From NCBI GenBank assembly GCA_004431415.1, contig QPMI01000056.1, forward strand, positions 186,001-250,000: 64,000 nt of DNA, read 5' to 3'. The DNA comes from Cyanophora paradoxa CCMP329. Lineage: Eukaryota > Plantae > Glaucophyta. Made by a program: the position numbers and the translations under genes. Shown here piece by piece: positions 44,470-57,480 of this stretch; positions within the stretch are counted from its first letter, which is position 1, and each line of letters begins with the position of its first letter. Under the pieces are notes generated by a model. That model had not been told where the DNA came from, did not search any database, and worked only from the letters and a program-made list of their open reading frames with translations.

Positions 44470-46693
44470 CGAGGTCTCACGATCGGGAGGGGCCCGGCAG
44501 GTCTCCCGGCCCGCGGCCGGGCCCCCCGGCGCAGAGGACGCGTACGGCGCCGAAGGGGCCCGCCTCGACTGGTCGGACCTCGCCGGCTACGACGATGTCA
44601 AGCGCGTGCGCATGTGCTCCGTGTAATTTTCGTATCGTGTAATTTTCGTTTTTAAGTGCCTGGCACATTCCGGTGCAAGTGCCGGGCATGTACCTGGTAC
44701 TTAGGTCGACGAAAATTCCATGACCCGTGGTGTAATTTTATGCAAATTACCCCAAAACGAAAATTACATGGAACACATGCGCACGCGCCGCTTGAACTTG
44801 GAATTTCAGGAATTATTTCTTTCTGAAAAGCGTGGCGTTAAACATTTCCGCCTCAGGAGATCGAGGCCTTCTTCGTCGTCCCCTTCCGCTACGCCCCTCT
44901 CTTCGACGCGGTCCGACGCCGAGCCTCGAGCCCTCCGCCCTGCTGCTCGAACTCCGATCCGACGCGGACGACGTTAACGTCAACGCCGCCCAGGTCTGCC
45001 GGGGGACGCGGAGGCGGCCGGTGTCCAGCGTCCCCCGGGGCGTCCTCTTCGAGGGCCCGCCGGGTCAGACCCGAGGAGCGTGGGCTCGGCCTCCGGCGCG
45101 CTTCGTGACGGGGGCGCGCCGGGGGGCCGCAGGGACGGGGAAGACGACCTGCGCCCGCGTCCTCGCCGCCCAGTGCGACGTGCGCCATCTAATAATATAA
45201 TTTCCGATGTTTCAATAATATAATTATTCGGACGAGCTCGGCATAGACATTATTCATTTATACATTGATATAGAGCAAGCTCGGACATATATTAATTGAT
45301 CATCGCTGATTGCAATATTCTTCGCAATTCGCGGCAGGCCCCACTCGTCAATTTCCGGATGGAGACCGTCGTCGGCAAGTGGTGCGATGTCTCGGCTGCG
45401 GTCTAAAATAAACTTGAACGTATGGCGAACGAAATTGAGGGGCTGTGATGGCGAGCAGGTACGGCGAGAGCGAGCGGACGCTGGGCCGCATCTTCGACCT
45501 CTGCCGCGAGGTGCACGCGGCGCGGCCACGGCTCTAGATCTTGCTGCTGCCGCCGGTCGCGACGCCGCGACGTCTCGCCCTGATTGCTGTCGGCCGTGCT
45601 CAGCTCGGCCCGGCGGTCCTCCTGTTCGTAGACGAGCTGGATTCCGTCACGCCGACGCGCAGCTCCGACCGAGGCGAGGGCGCTCGCGCTCGCGATCGAA
45701 TTCAGCTAACAGCGCTGACACGCCCTTGCACGCCGCCAGAGGTGAACGAGACGACGCGGCGCCTGCTCTCCATCCTCCTGCGGAATCTGGACGGCTTCGG
45801 TGCGCAGGGGCGGCTTGGGCGTCCAGGTGAAGGTAGATAATCGACGTCGACGCTTCTTTTCCGCAGAGTCGGCGGGGCCCCTCCAACAGCAGCCAAGGCG
45901 CGCGCGCGGTTTCGCGCTCGAGCTCTCACACGCCGCTCTGCAGCTAACTATTTAATGCTAGAGACCCGAAAGCGAAGGCGCGGGGCAAGATCGTCCTGCT
46001 GGGCGCCACGAACCGCGTGGGGGACCTCGACGCCGCAGTGATGAGGTCCGCCCCGGCCCCCGGGCCCTGCGATCGATCCCGACGGGCCGGGTCGGTGTTC
46101 GTACGGCATAACTTTAATTTCTTTGATTTGCGCCGCCAGCCGCTTCGATATCGTCGTGCGTTTCGGCCTGCCCGACGCGGCCGCCCGCGCCGCGATCTTT
46201 GCGTGCTTCGCCAAGCAGGTGTGTCGATTTATCCTCGCGATGGATTAGATTTCCGAGCGGCGCAGTCCTGATCGTCGGGTGATCTCGAGCGCGCAGCTGC
46301 CCCAGGCGGACCTCGAGGCGCTGGCCGGGGCGACGGAGGGCTTCTCGGGCCGCGACATCCACGACGGTGCTCTCACTTTAATATAATTTAGGGCTCGGCT
46401 GGCGACCCGCTCTCGCGGGCGCAGTGTGCGGGGCGGCGGAACGCGCCTTCGTGTCGCGCCTCGTGGCCGAGTGCGTGGCCGAGGGGCGGGCGGTCCCTGC
46501 CCCCGCGGGGGAGCAGGGCGAGCCGGGCGCCGGCGCCGGCTCGGGGGTCGGGCTGCCATCGCTGGAGGACTACCTCGCCGCCGTCGGGCGCCGCCGCTTC
46601 CGCGGGGAGCCGCGGAGCTGTCGTGATTTAAAAATTTGTATGATCTCACTGTGTCGCAATATTCGATATTGCGACGTTGATGCCGACACGTGA
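44470..46693 (+). CDS. AAA+ ATPase (At4g04180-like), copy 2, includes C-terminal exons; N-terminus not evident
   Basis: Walker A GPPG|TGKTT, Walker B FVDELD, GATNR, ATEGFSGRDIHD, VCGAAERAFVSRL...LPSLEDYL. Confidence 0.75.
44615..44775. mobile_element. 161 bp MITE in an intron of AAA copy 2
   Basis: TIRs tgctccgtgtaattttcgt / acgaaaattacatggaaca (2 mismatches), flanked by duplicated catg; absent from the paralogous site at 1410-1413. Confidence 0.85.
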
Positions 46694-46957
46694 GCCGTCG
46701 TGAGCAGTTGTGATATCAATGTCAATTTGCAATGGCATTCTCGTCGAATCGGTCGGCTCATGATCATCTCTCGAATTGATGTGCATGCATCTATTCTGCA
46801 TTAAGATACATTAATTATACACCTGAGTGCTATCAATACATTAGCCGTTTTAATATGTCTTTACTGTGCTCCAAGTCTATAAAAAGTAAAATCCTACGTG
46901 CAATCGATCCCCAATCGATATCCCGCGGTTGCCGAGTTGCCCGCCCGCTCCGGCCAG

Positions 46958-47050
46958 CAACGCACGAACAGTACCTCGCGCCCGCTCGCCTCGCGATCGC
47001 TGAACGCACGAACAGTACCTCGCGCCCGCTCGCCTCGCGAACGCTGAACC
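46958..47050. repeat. Two-copy tandem repeat of about 45 bp followed by a C-rich low-complexity tract
   Basis: aacgcacgaacagtacctcgcgcccgctcgcctcgcga occurs twice. Confidence 0.75.
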
Positions 47051-47621
47051 CCATCACCTCCCTCCCCCCTCCCCCGCCCCCTCCCCCTCCTCCCCCCACC
47101 CCTCCTCCCCCTCCCCCTCCGCCTCACCGCCCCTCCCCTCCCCCTCCTTACCGCCCTCCGAATTCTCCCCCCGCACCAAGGGCGCCCCGTCCAACCGCGC
47201 GCTGCTTCGGCACAGGGCGGGCGGCTGGAGGTGCGGGCCTTAAGCTACTGCGGCAAGCGGGCCCTCGGCCGGCTTTGCCCGCCCTGGCCAGCTGGCCAGA
47301 CCAGGCGCGCCGCCCGCTCATGAGCAGTCCCACTAGTACTTCAAAGGCTTATGTCAAACGAATCAATATGAACTCCTCTTATGTCGATAAGGACAAACAA
47401 ATTTAAATGCAGATTGGCAAAAACCGATTGAGGACATAGGGCTGAATTATGGATGTACAGGCCTAGTTGATGTTTTCTGCGAATGCAAAAGGAAGAGCTC
47501 GAGGTGAATGAATAACCGGCAAATCGCACTCTGGCAAAGAAAAGAACCAGCAATTTGTCACAAAGGCAGTGCACGTATTGAGAATTGAGAATCGAATTGA
47601 GAGCGATACAAGGCCAGAATA

Positions 47622-47876
47622 TTAAAGTGTGCAGTGGTTGACTTTGATTGAGATTGGGAGATCCTTAGCCTTGAACCAACTGCAGAGAATGCATATGGCG
47701 CGCGCGCGGTCCGAGAGCGCGTCAGGGACTTTGATGTCCAATCGGCTTTTTACGTGGGTGGACAAGCCAAGAAGCTCGCTGAAGACGCGCAGCTTGCCGA
47801 GGCTGTCATTCTCTGCAAACGCGTGACCCAGATCTAGAATCACATATCCGGCGAAACGAGGGGCCCGCGCGATTTC
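47622..47876 (-). other. Duplicate (candidate alternative) terminal exon of F-box copy B
   Basis: tag|EIARAPRFAGYVILDLGHAFAENDSLGKLRVFSELL...VPDALSDRARA..SWF..LPISIKVN-stop, paralogous to the exon at 47965-48241. Confidence 0.7.
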
Positions 47877-47964
47877 CTACGAAAGGGCAATGAGAGACGA
47901 GCGCTGGCGGTGCTCACAATTCTCAAACAGTCTTCTGCGAGGGAATTCGAAGCCGACCTGCAAA

Positions 47965-50072
47965 CTATATTTCTATAGAATTGACTCGAATTGAAAGTGG
48001 GATATCGATGTCGTCAGCCTCAAACCAACCACGGAGAAAGGCGCGCGCCCCTTCCGAGAGCACATTGGGGACTCGGATCTCTAACCAAACGCGAGGGCCA
48101 AAGACCGGCAAGCTACGCAGCTCCTTAAAGGCGCGCAGCTTGTCGAGGGTGTCGTTCTCCGCGAGAGTGTGACACAGAATCGTGAGAGCACGCTCTCGGC
48201 CTGCTGATGGAGGACTAGCTATAGGAGCCCGCGCGATCTCCTGCGAGAGCGAATTCAGGCAAAGAAGCTCGCAAATTCCGAAATGTTCAGAAGAGAGCGA
48301 TAGCAACAGGTACCGACCTGCATGACTTCTGCCGCGGCGGGTACCCCACAGATGTATTGTGTTGTGACTTTCGGCCAGGAGGCGCGCAGGAGGGCCGCAA
48401 GGCTCCCCGGGTCCATCTGGGTTCCCGCTGGATCGCTTCCGTCTACCTTCAAAGCGAAAGACTCGAACTGCGGGGCGGCCGACAGCTCTGCTGCTGCTGC
48501 TGCCGCCGCCTGCAGCAGGCCCGCGCCTCCGTTGGGGGCGTTTCTTAACTGCGCTGCACATTAATCTGCGCCGCGCCTAGGGCAGAAGGACATAAAGCGA
48601 AGAGCAGGGCGCACAGAGAGTTCAAGGTTGAGAGAGCACAACTTCTCAAGAGATCCCAAGTCCGCAAGGGCATCGCTGGACGTGTGATCGACCTGGATCC
48701 AGAAGTTCGATTTGATAGATGAGACTATTTATGACATGGAGAATCTGAGATGAACCTTGAGTGCGAGGCTTTCAAGATTGTGGAAACGGAGGATGGGGTC
48801 GAAGACACGTCGGGAGCTGACAAAGCACCAGCGGGGATATTCCAGCTTCCGGACGCAACTGGCGTTGAGCGCCTGCAGGGCTTCCTCCAGACCAAGGTCC
48901 GAGCTGAGAGTGACCCGCAGGTCCTCCAGCAGAGGAAGCGCGGCCAAATTTCGAAGTGCGCGCCCATCAGCAAGACGGCACGATACCGTCTGCAGGCGGG
49001 GCCAGACCGCCACCAGCTTCGCCTGCAATTGTAAAAATAAAAATATAACCAGCTGCAGCGAATGGAATAATTAAATTGGCCGTGTGCTCATATATATATA
49101 GCACGAACCGTGTGCGCAGCCTGGAGGATTTTGTAATTAATGCGAAGCTTCCGGAGACGAGGAAGGCAATTCCGCTCGGCAGCAACAATGAATGCTGAGG
49201 TGAGCGCCTCACAGTCCAGTTGCAGAGATTGAACAGGGGCGGGCTGCAGGGCTTTAAATTTCAGGAATTCCAGTGCGACGTCTCCCAACGACTGTGTTGC
49301 AGCAATACCGATCGCGAGCTGGAGTCGCGTCGCTATTGCCGGCCAGCTGCAGGTACCGGTTCCCCATGGCCAGCTGCCTGAGAAGCGAACCCCTTCCAGC
49401 GGTACAGCTGCCGAAGCCAGGGCCGCCAGCATCTCTGCGAAAATTCAAAGCGAACGTTGACGTTAGAACGTTGACGGTAATTTAGAGCGAAAGCAAAATT
49501 GAATTATTTCAAGTTGACGTTAGAGAGCGGACTGCGAATGCGGCTTAGATAAGATTATGCTTCGATTTCAGACCTGTGAGAGAATAGGCGCAATCGAAGC
49601 ACGCCTGCACGTTCTCCTTCCATGCGCATGCATCTGCTGGCCATGGGCTGATGATGATCGTGAGCTTGCCGCAGCCCGCCAGCGCCCCGCTTCGGATGCG
49701 AGATGTAACTCGAGCGCATCGCGATCGATCCTGCATATCGCGCTTCTCGCTGGGCTCAACGTCGACCTGCAGCTGCTGCCATTGCACGCCCCGCAAGAGC
49801 CGGCTGAACCGCCGATCCAGCGACCAGAGCTGACACTTCTCGTACGCCTCCGTTGCTTCAATATTGCTGAAGATGCGCTGCACGAGCTCGTCGGGCAGCC
49901 GCGCGAAATGATTGACCGCAGGCGCAGGCGCCGCGGCCGGCGCTTCGAGCTCTCCCGCTGCACCTGCTGTCGAAGATCCAGAGGCGCCCGCTGCTGGGAA
50001 AGAAGAGCTCGCCGGGAACGAGGGCGCCTCCGGGGGGGCCGTGCGCGCGCGCTTCGCTGTTCGCTTCGCCAT
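47965..50072 (-). CDS. F-box + LRR-like protein (copy B)
   Basis: MAKRTAKRART, NHFARLPDELVQRIFS, WPRLQTVSC, LAALPLLEDLRV, terminal exon LRAFKEL...LRGWF. Confidence 0.75.
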
Positions 50073-50679
50073 TCAAAGCGATATTAATATTGCTCCACCT
50101 CTGCGATCTGACTGTGCGCTTGCGCGGAAAAAGCGCTTGGAGAAGCGCTCTCCTGCGGGGAACGAGGGGGAGACGGGAAGCCTATAGAGGGGTCAGGGGG
50201 GAAGCCTATAGAGGGGTCATACGAGGGAAAGAGGGGGAAAGAGGGGGGAACGAGGGAACGAGCAGGGGTCAGATCGGAGATCGGATAGAGGGGTCAGGGG
50301 GGAAATATGAGGAAGGGTATCGGGAAGCCTAGGGGAGGGGAAAGCTCGAGGTAGGGGCAACTTGGCAATATTAATTGCAATTGAAGGGCCCGTGGGGCGG
50401 ATCGAGGCAGGGGGGATTCCGGATCGAGCTCGAGGCAAGTAAATATAAGGAGGTAAAGTAAATCTCCTCTCGCCGTGGGCCGCGGGGGCCGGGGCTCGAT
50501 CGACGTGCGCCTTGTATACGTATACGTAATTACAATTTAGCTTCCAAGCTTAGTTGAAGTTGGACGGAGGCAGGCAAGAAAGTCACTGCATGTGCAGCCT
50601 CTGTAGCGACCATGTGCTCGAATTCCTATGCTCCTATCTAACGCTTAACTTAGTAAAATCTGGGGCCGCGCCGGCCGGC

Positions 50680-50885
50680 GCCGGCTCCAGCCTGCCGAAG
50701 TGCCACACCGACAAGGCAACGCCCGGCGGCCGAACGTATACATGTACAGGACGGACCCAACCCCCTACGCGAGGTGCGTCCCGTTCATGATCAGGGACAC
50801 CTGAGGCGAACGAAGTCAGCTGAGTTGCGATTAACGGCCACGTACCGGGTTCAGACGCGAGGGGCGGGGGGACGCACCGGGATTT
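50680..50885 (-). pseudogene. Remnant of allantoinase last exon and intron (third copy)
   Basis: gcgaggtgcgtcccgttca...cacctgaggcgaacgaagtcagctgagttgcg matches 55195-55250 and 59875-59930. Confidence 0.75.
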
Positions 50886-52383
50886 CCGAAAGTTTCTCAA
50901 ACGAAAAACAAACCGTCGTCAAACGAGTCGCCGGGCCCTACCAATGTACATGCCGTCCATTCCATCACGGCGCCGCTAAGCTTTAGTTGAGCAACTAGCA
51001 CTGCAAAATAAGTTTACAGAGTCGACGTCGAATCCCTGAATTCTGATCCAAACGATCGCGGGTCGCGGCGTCCCAAGCTTAGCTAATGCGAAATTCCTGA
51101 AATTATAATCTAGCACAATGATCAAGAAAGCAAAAGAATTCTCGCCTCCGGCGGCGCTCACTTTGCGTACCCCCCCGCCGCCCTCTCGGACCCCCGAAAT
51201 CCGCATTGACGCCGATGGACGCGGGGGTACCCATCGCCGAATGGGGCCCGCGGGGACCCAGAGGGTTGCGGGGGGTACGGGCGGCCGCGGGGACAGGGGC
51301 CGGCCCGCGGGGGGGGGCGAGGGGGGGGGGTGGGGAGGGGCGGGTCCCTCTCGTCAGCGGGGCCGGGGGCGGGCCCTTGTGCGGAAGAGGGCCGGGGGGC
51401 GGCCCTTGTGCGTACCAGGGCCGGGAGGGGGCCCCTCTCGTCAGCGGGGCCGGGGGCGGCCCTTCTGGGGTTTTCTGGGGGTTTCCGCGCTTACACCCCC
51501 GTCCGTCGTACCCAGCGGTGTCAGCGGGGTCCCTACCCCCCCTCCTAGGCCTGAGCCCTACCCTCCAGCCCCAAGCCCACCCCCTGCCGCCGCCGAAGTG
51601 CGAGAGAAAGGGGCGCAAAAAGGCTTCTGAATTCGATACATCTACAGGCGGCGGCGGCGGAGGCGGCTGTTTTCTACGGAGAGCGAGTCGGGGGTGCCGG
51701 CGGGGAAGGTGACCGAGGCCTTCCGCTTCTGCGACCACCGGCCCTTGAGCGCGCTCTTGGCCGGCGACGACTCCTTGAGCGCCTTCTTGCCCGCCTTGGC
51801 CGCCTTCCTGGCCACCTTCTTTGCCGCCTTCTCCGCGCGGGCGAAAGGGGGTACGCGCCGACCGGGGGGGTACCGGGGGGGGTACGCCGGCCTCGCTGCA
51901 GCCCCGCCCCCCGTCCCCCGCCCTCCCATCAAGTCTCCGCGGGGTCCATTCGCGAGAGGGGGGGTACGGGCCATCGCCGCCAATGGGGCCCTAGCGGGGG
52001 GAGAGAGGGGCGGGGGGGTACACGCAAAGTGACCCGCCCGCGAGGGCAGAAAATTAATGCGGATAAATAAAACATAAAAAGCGCAGTGACGCTTCGATAT
52101 CAATATCGACACACCAACGTCTGCCACTGGTCCAATAGGAAACAACTTGGCAACTAGTTCTACCTCTCCTGTCCGTGAACGGATCGAAGGCTGCAAAACC
52201 CGCGAACTTACAAGCTCTTATTATCTGGGAGAATCCACTATATTCTATAATATTTATCATTGAATATCCTGAAACAGAGAAAGAATTCAATGATTCGAAT
52301 CAAGCCGTTTCAGCTCTAGCTATCTGGAAGCTCTATAATCAACTAAATAGACCCGATCGCGAGACTCTGAGCGATTGGGAGAA

Positions 52384-54636
52384 CTATCTGTACACGACAT
52401 GACGGATCGGGAGCCTCCTTGCCCCGAACCAACCGCGGAGAATTGCGCGCGCCCGTTCCGAGAGCGCAGCGGGGAATCTGAATTCCAGATCGATGCGGGG
52501 GCCGGCAGCCGACAAGCCGAGCAGCTCGCCGAAGGCGCGCAGCTTGCTGAGGCTGTTCATGTCGGTCTCTGCGAAGAAGTGACTGAGAAGCACACATCTG
52601 CGGTCTTCGCTGGGTGCACGTGACGGAGGGGCCCGCGCGATTTCCTGCAAAAATTAAAAAAAGCAATTGCAATCAGCGGCGGGCGCTAGCGGCGCTCAAA
52701 ATTAAAGTTTCTAGAGAAGGAAACCGCGGCCGACCTGCATGACTTCAGCCGCAGCGGGAGAGCTTGGGCCACGAGGCGCGCACGAGGGCCGCAAGGCTGC
52801 CGGGGTCCATCTCGGGCCCCGCTGGGCCGCCCCCGTCGACCGTTAAAGTGAACGACTCGAACTGCGGGGCGGCCGATAGTTCCGCCGCCGCCGCCGCCGC
52901 TGCCCGCAGCAGGCCCGCGCCTCCGTTGGGGGCGTCTCGTACCTGCGCTGCACATGAGTCCGACGGTCGAGATATGGCCGGCAAATTAAATGGACAGATT
53001 GCAAATGAAGCTGGGGCGCAAATGATATAGGGTATAAGGGCAGATTTCAAATGCAAATGAAATTGGGGCTCACAGAGAGTTCAAGGTTGAGAGAGCGCAG
53101 CTTCTTAAGAGATCCCAGGCCTGCAATAGCGTAGCCGGACAAGGGACCTCCCTGCGAGCGAACGAGTGCAATTTAAGCGGAACGTACAGGAAGCTTCGAC
53201 GCAGCCGCATAAATATATACCAAAATAATGAAAGGAGGCATATATATTTGACAGAGGAGACTAATCACAACGTAACATTTGCAAGAAGACGAACCCGAAC
53301 TGACAGCTCCTCGAGGTTGCGGAGGCGGAGTATGGACGCGAGGAGGCGCGGGCTGACGGAGAGCCGCCCAGAAAGGCGCAGCGCGCGGACGCAGTCGGCG
53401 TTGGCCGCCTCGAGAGCCCTCTCCAGCCCTGCACTCGTTTGGGCGTTCAACTCGACTGAGAGCCGCAGGTCCTCCAGAGGAAGCGCGGCGAGCTTCCGAA
53501 GTGCGCGCCCGTCCTCCAGAGAGCACGATACCGTCTGCAGGCGGGGCCATACCTCCACCAGCTTTGCCTGCGCATGCGGATGGCTACAATGAGCCGGGCC
53601 GGGGGCCGGGCTTATATATCTATATATCTAGTACAAACCGTGTGTTCAGCAAAGAGCAAGGATTCAATTCGAAGCTCTCGGAGGCGAGGAAGGCAATTCT
53701 GCTCGGCAGCAACAATGAATGCTGAGGTGAGCTCCTCGTCGTCCAGTTGCAGCGATCGAACAGGGGCGGGGTGCAGGGCTGTCAGGAAATCCAGTGCGAC
53801 GTCCTCCAGCGACTGCGGTGCGGCGATGCCGAGCTGGCGCTGCGTCGCTGCAGCCGGCCAGGCTCGCCAGCAGCCTGAGAGACGGACGCTTTCCAGTGGT
53901 ACAGGGGCCGAGGCGAGGGCCGCCAGCATCTCTGCGCGAAGCGAAAGTTAAAATTATTTCATAAAATTGTTTGATTACTTGGAGACGGTTGATCATGAAG
54001 CTTAAGCTTCAGGCTAGCGCCTACGGGCGGCGGCGAATTCGGATATGTACCTGCAAGGTATCGGGCGCCGGCGAAGCACATCTCCACGTCCTCCTCCGTG
54101 AGCGCTGGCAATGGCGGAAGAAAGCGGTACACGAACGGTGCGCTGTGATTACAATTGCGACGAGCCGACGGCGATGGGCCGACATGGAGCTGCCTACAGC
54201 CCGCCAGAGCGCCGCTGACGAGCCGAGACGTGATTCGAGCGGATTGACTAAACTTTCCGATATCGATATCGTGCCTCTCGCAGAGCTCGACGTCGACCCG
54301 CAGCTGCTGCCAGTGCACGCCGCGCAGGAGCCGGCTGAACCGCCGATCTAGCGACCAGAGCTGACACGTCTCGTACGCCTCCGTCGCCTCCAGCTCGCTG
54401 AAGATGCGCTGCACGAGCTCGTCGGGCAGCCGCTCGAAATGATTGACCGCAACCACAGCCTCGAGCTCCGGCGCTTCGAGCTCTCCCGTGCCGCCGGCGC
54501 CTCCGCTTCCGCCCGCCGGCGCTTCCGCTGCGCCTGCTGACGAAGCGCCTGCTTTGACTGACGGACTCGGCGCCGGCGCCACCGGCGCGGATGAGGGCGC
54601 GGATGTGCGCGCTCGCTTTGCTCGTCTCTTGGCCAT
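52384..54636 (-). CDS. F-box + LRR-like protein (copy C)
   Basis: MAKRRAKRART, NHFERLPDELVQRIFSEL, same exon series as B and D, terminal LRAFGELL...LRGWF. Confidence 0.75.
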
Positions 54637-55128
54637 TCAAATTCGGCTGCTGAAGCCCGGCGACTGCTGCGATCTCCCGATCTAGATCTGCACTCCGCGC
54701 TATCGATCGATATCCGCGCCCCTGCGATCTACGATCGCCCGATCAAAATCTACGATCGCCGATCGAGGCCACCTGTACCCCCGGCTCTGAAATTCTGAAT
54801 TTTCAACCCTCCTCTTAAGCTTGCGCTATTCGCTTCGAAATCGGAGAAACTTAAGCCCTGACTGCGGAGAGAAAACTCGCGCTCAATTTCCCCCTTGCTC
54901 GACTCCAAGCCCTGCTCTAGAGATCTAAAGACGCTGCGCGGCGGGGAGCTCGACGCCTGCAGCTGAGGCAGGGATGGTGCGGCAGGGTGGCAGGGAGAAG
55001 CGTTGGCTCCCACTGCAACCACTGCCTAGCCGCGAGCGAGACGTCGATCATTAATAACAATACCAGGACTACGCTCCTAGTAGCCTATCTACCGCTTGCA
55101 AAGTAAATCGGAGGCCGGCCTCCGCGCG

Positions 55129-57238
55129 CTACGCCCGCGGGGCGGCGCCGGCACCAGCGCGGCCCCCGCCGTACAGGACCGACCCAAATCACTGCGCGAG
55201 GTGCGTCCCGTTCAGGTACACCTGAGGCGAACGAAGTCAGCTGAGTTGCGTTCGGATGAGAGGGGTGGGGGGGCGCACCGGGATCCCCCGGACAACGGTC
55301 GCCACCACGCGGCCCTGGGGGGTACGGGGTCAGGGCGGAAGGCGGGACGGGGCCGGGAAAGGGGGTACACCTCCAGAGCGTTGCCGAAGTAGGGCGTCAC
55401 GCCGTGCCTGTGGAAGAGGCGCGCCCCGGGGCCCCCCACGTAGAAGGCCTGATGGGGGTACGGTGTCAAGAGGGTCCGGCGGGGGGGGGGATACGGGGTT
55501 TGCAAAACAAGGGCGCACGTCCTCTGGGTTCCAGATGACGATATCGGCGTCGTACCCCGGCGCCAGGAGCCCCTTCCGGCCCGCCAGGCCCACAATCTGC
55601 GAGCCGGCTCGGGTCGGGTGTGGAAAGGGCGCGGCGGGGATCCGAACCCGCGCGGGCGCGGTGCTCATCCAGTCCGCGAGGTCCTTGATCGTGACCTGCG
55701 GGGGTACGGGGTTCGGCCCGGGGCTACCCGGGCGGCAAGAGGGGTACGCGTGCCTTGCGGTGCCGGCCCTCCGTCCACATGATGGAGAGGCCAAGCTGCG
55801 AGTGGGCGGAAGCGATCGGCGGGGGTACGCTGCAGTCGGAGGTGGGGGGTACCTGAAGCGACGAGATGCCCCCCCACGCCTTTTCGAAGTCCCCCTCCTA
55901 TACCCCCCGATCAGAAGGCGCCGTGGGGGCGGCGCGGGGAGGGGGGGGAAGGGGGGTACGCGCAGTGAGGAGCTTGAGCTGCGGGGGGCACGGGGAGTGG
56001 TCCGAGACCACCGCGTTGAGCGTACCCTCCTGCACGGCCATCAGCGGGGCGGTACGGCGTTTCGAGGGGTTGTTGGGGGGTACCAGCAGCGACGCCCACA
56101 GGAGCTCGCGGTTGGCGGCGGCGCGAATCGGCGGGGCGCACTTGAACGCCGTCTGGGGGGTACGGCGTTGGGCTGGGGGGAAGGAAGGCGGGCAGCAGAG
56201 GGGGTACCTGGCCGTCCTGGATCATCTCGGAGTCGAAGACGACTGCGGCGAAAGTGAGGGGGGCGGGGGCCGGTGCGAGGCGCAGCGCGGCGGGGCCGAG
56301 GGCCGGGCGAACGGTAGTGCGGGCAAGTCTCGGCCGTAACGGACAGCCCCGCCTGCCGCGCCCTCTGCGGGATCCGAGCCTCGCAAACGCGCCCGAAACC
56401 GGATCGAGCATAGAAGAAAGGAATCGCCGTACCCGGACGGCGTCCAGTACCCCCGCGTAGGAGACGTGCGCGATGTGTACCCGGGGCGCCGCGTGGCCGG
56501 CCTGCCAGGCCTCAGAGAAGAGAGGAAGGGGAGGGGGCGGGGGGTACGGGCCTCGGCGGCGGAGGCGTTGGCGGAGCGGGTGAGGCGCAGGATGAGGTCC
56601 ACCGCGTCAGATTCCATCTGCGCGCGGCAGAGTGAGCGGGGCGCGGGGTAGGGTGAAGGAGAGCGGAGCGAGGAGAGAGGCGCGCCTGCTCTGGCCGCGA
56701 CGCGACGTACTCCTTGTAGCTGTACCCGGCGGCTCAGGGTACACCTGGATGTAGGGCGTGGGGGTACGCGGACCTGCGGGGGTCGCTGAACTTGTACGGC
56801 TCCGAGCCGGGCCGCTTCAGCTCCGCGTGCACAACGAGGGGTACGTTCCTCCTCGCCAGCGTCGGGAGCGCCGCCTGCGCGGCACGCTGTCAGGGGTACG
56901 GGGGAGGCCGGGGGGAAGGGGCGGGCGGGGGGGGGGTACCGCGAGGTCGGCCTCCGTGGCCTCGGGGAAGTCGTCCATGCCGGAGTGGACCATGAAGGCC
57001 TGCGAACGAAGCTCGGGGGGTACGGCGGGCCGCGGGGGGTACGGCGCACCTTGATCGCGATGGCGCCGGCGTCGATGAGGGAGTCCATCTCGGCGGCGTT
57101 CCCGCTCGTCAGGCCTCCAAAGAAGCCTGGCGAGGAGTCAGCCGCCAGCAGAGGGACCGCGGCGCATCGGGACGCACCGACGTCGACCCAGATCTTGCCG
57201 GCGGCGGCCGCCGCGATCTTCTCACTCAGCACGCTCGC
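55129..57238 (-). pseudogene. 5'-truncated allantoinase duplicate
   Basis: Closely similar (introns included) to 59807-61912 but breaks at 57238, losing the signal anchor, HVH metal motif and GGVTT exon start. Confidence 0.85.
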
Positions 57239-57480
57239 TTTCCTATTAAAAGAAAATTACCGTAGTCACTGAGTACTAGTACAAGAATCACAAAGACAGA
57301 TATCGCTATCCAAAAAAACATTGACCGCTACAGTGAGCTAATATATTGAGATTCTCAAAGCGAAATCCACCAAGATGCGATCGAATCGTTCTTAAATATC
57401 TAGTACTTGTGTCTATGCTATCTGTGTACATCTATGCTATCTGTGTATAGAAAAAGTACAAGAACTTTAAGCTCACGAAA

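Noticed and set aside
47210-47340. Possible Helitron 3' end (GC-rich hairpins before cactagt)
   Set aside because: CTAG is common in this DNA, and no 5' end or second copy supports it.
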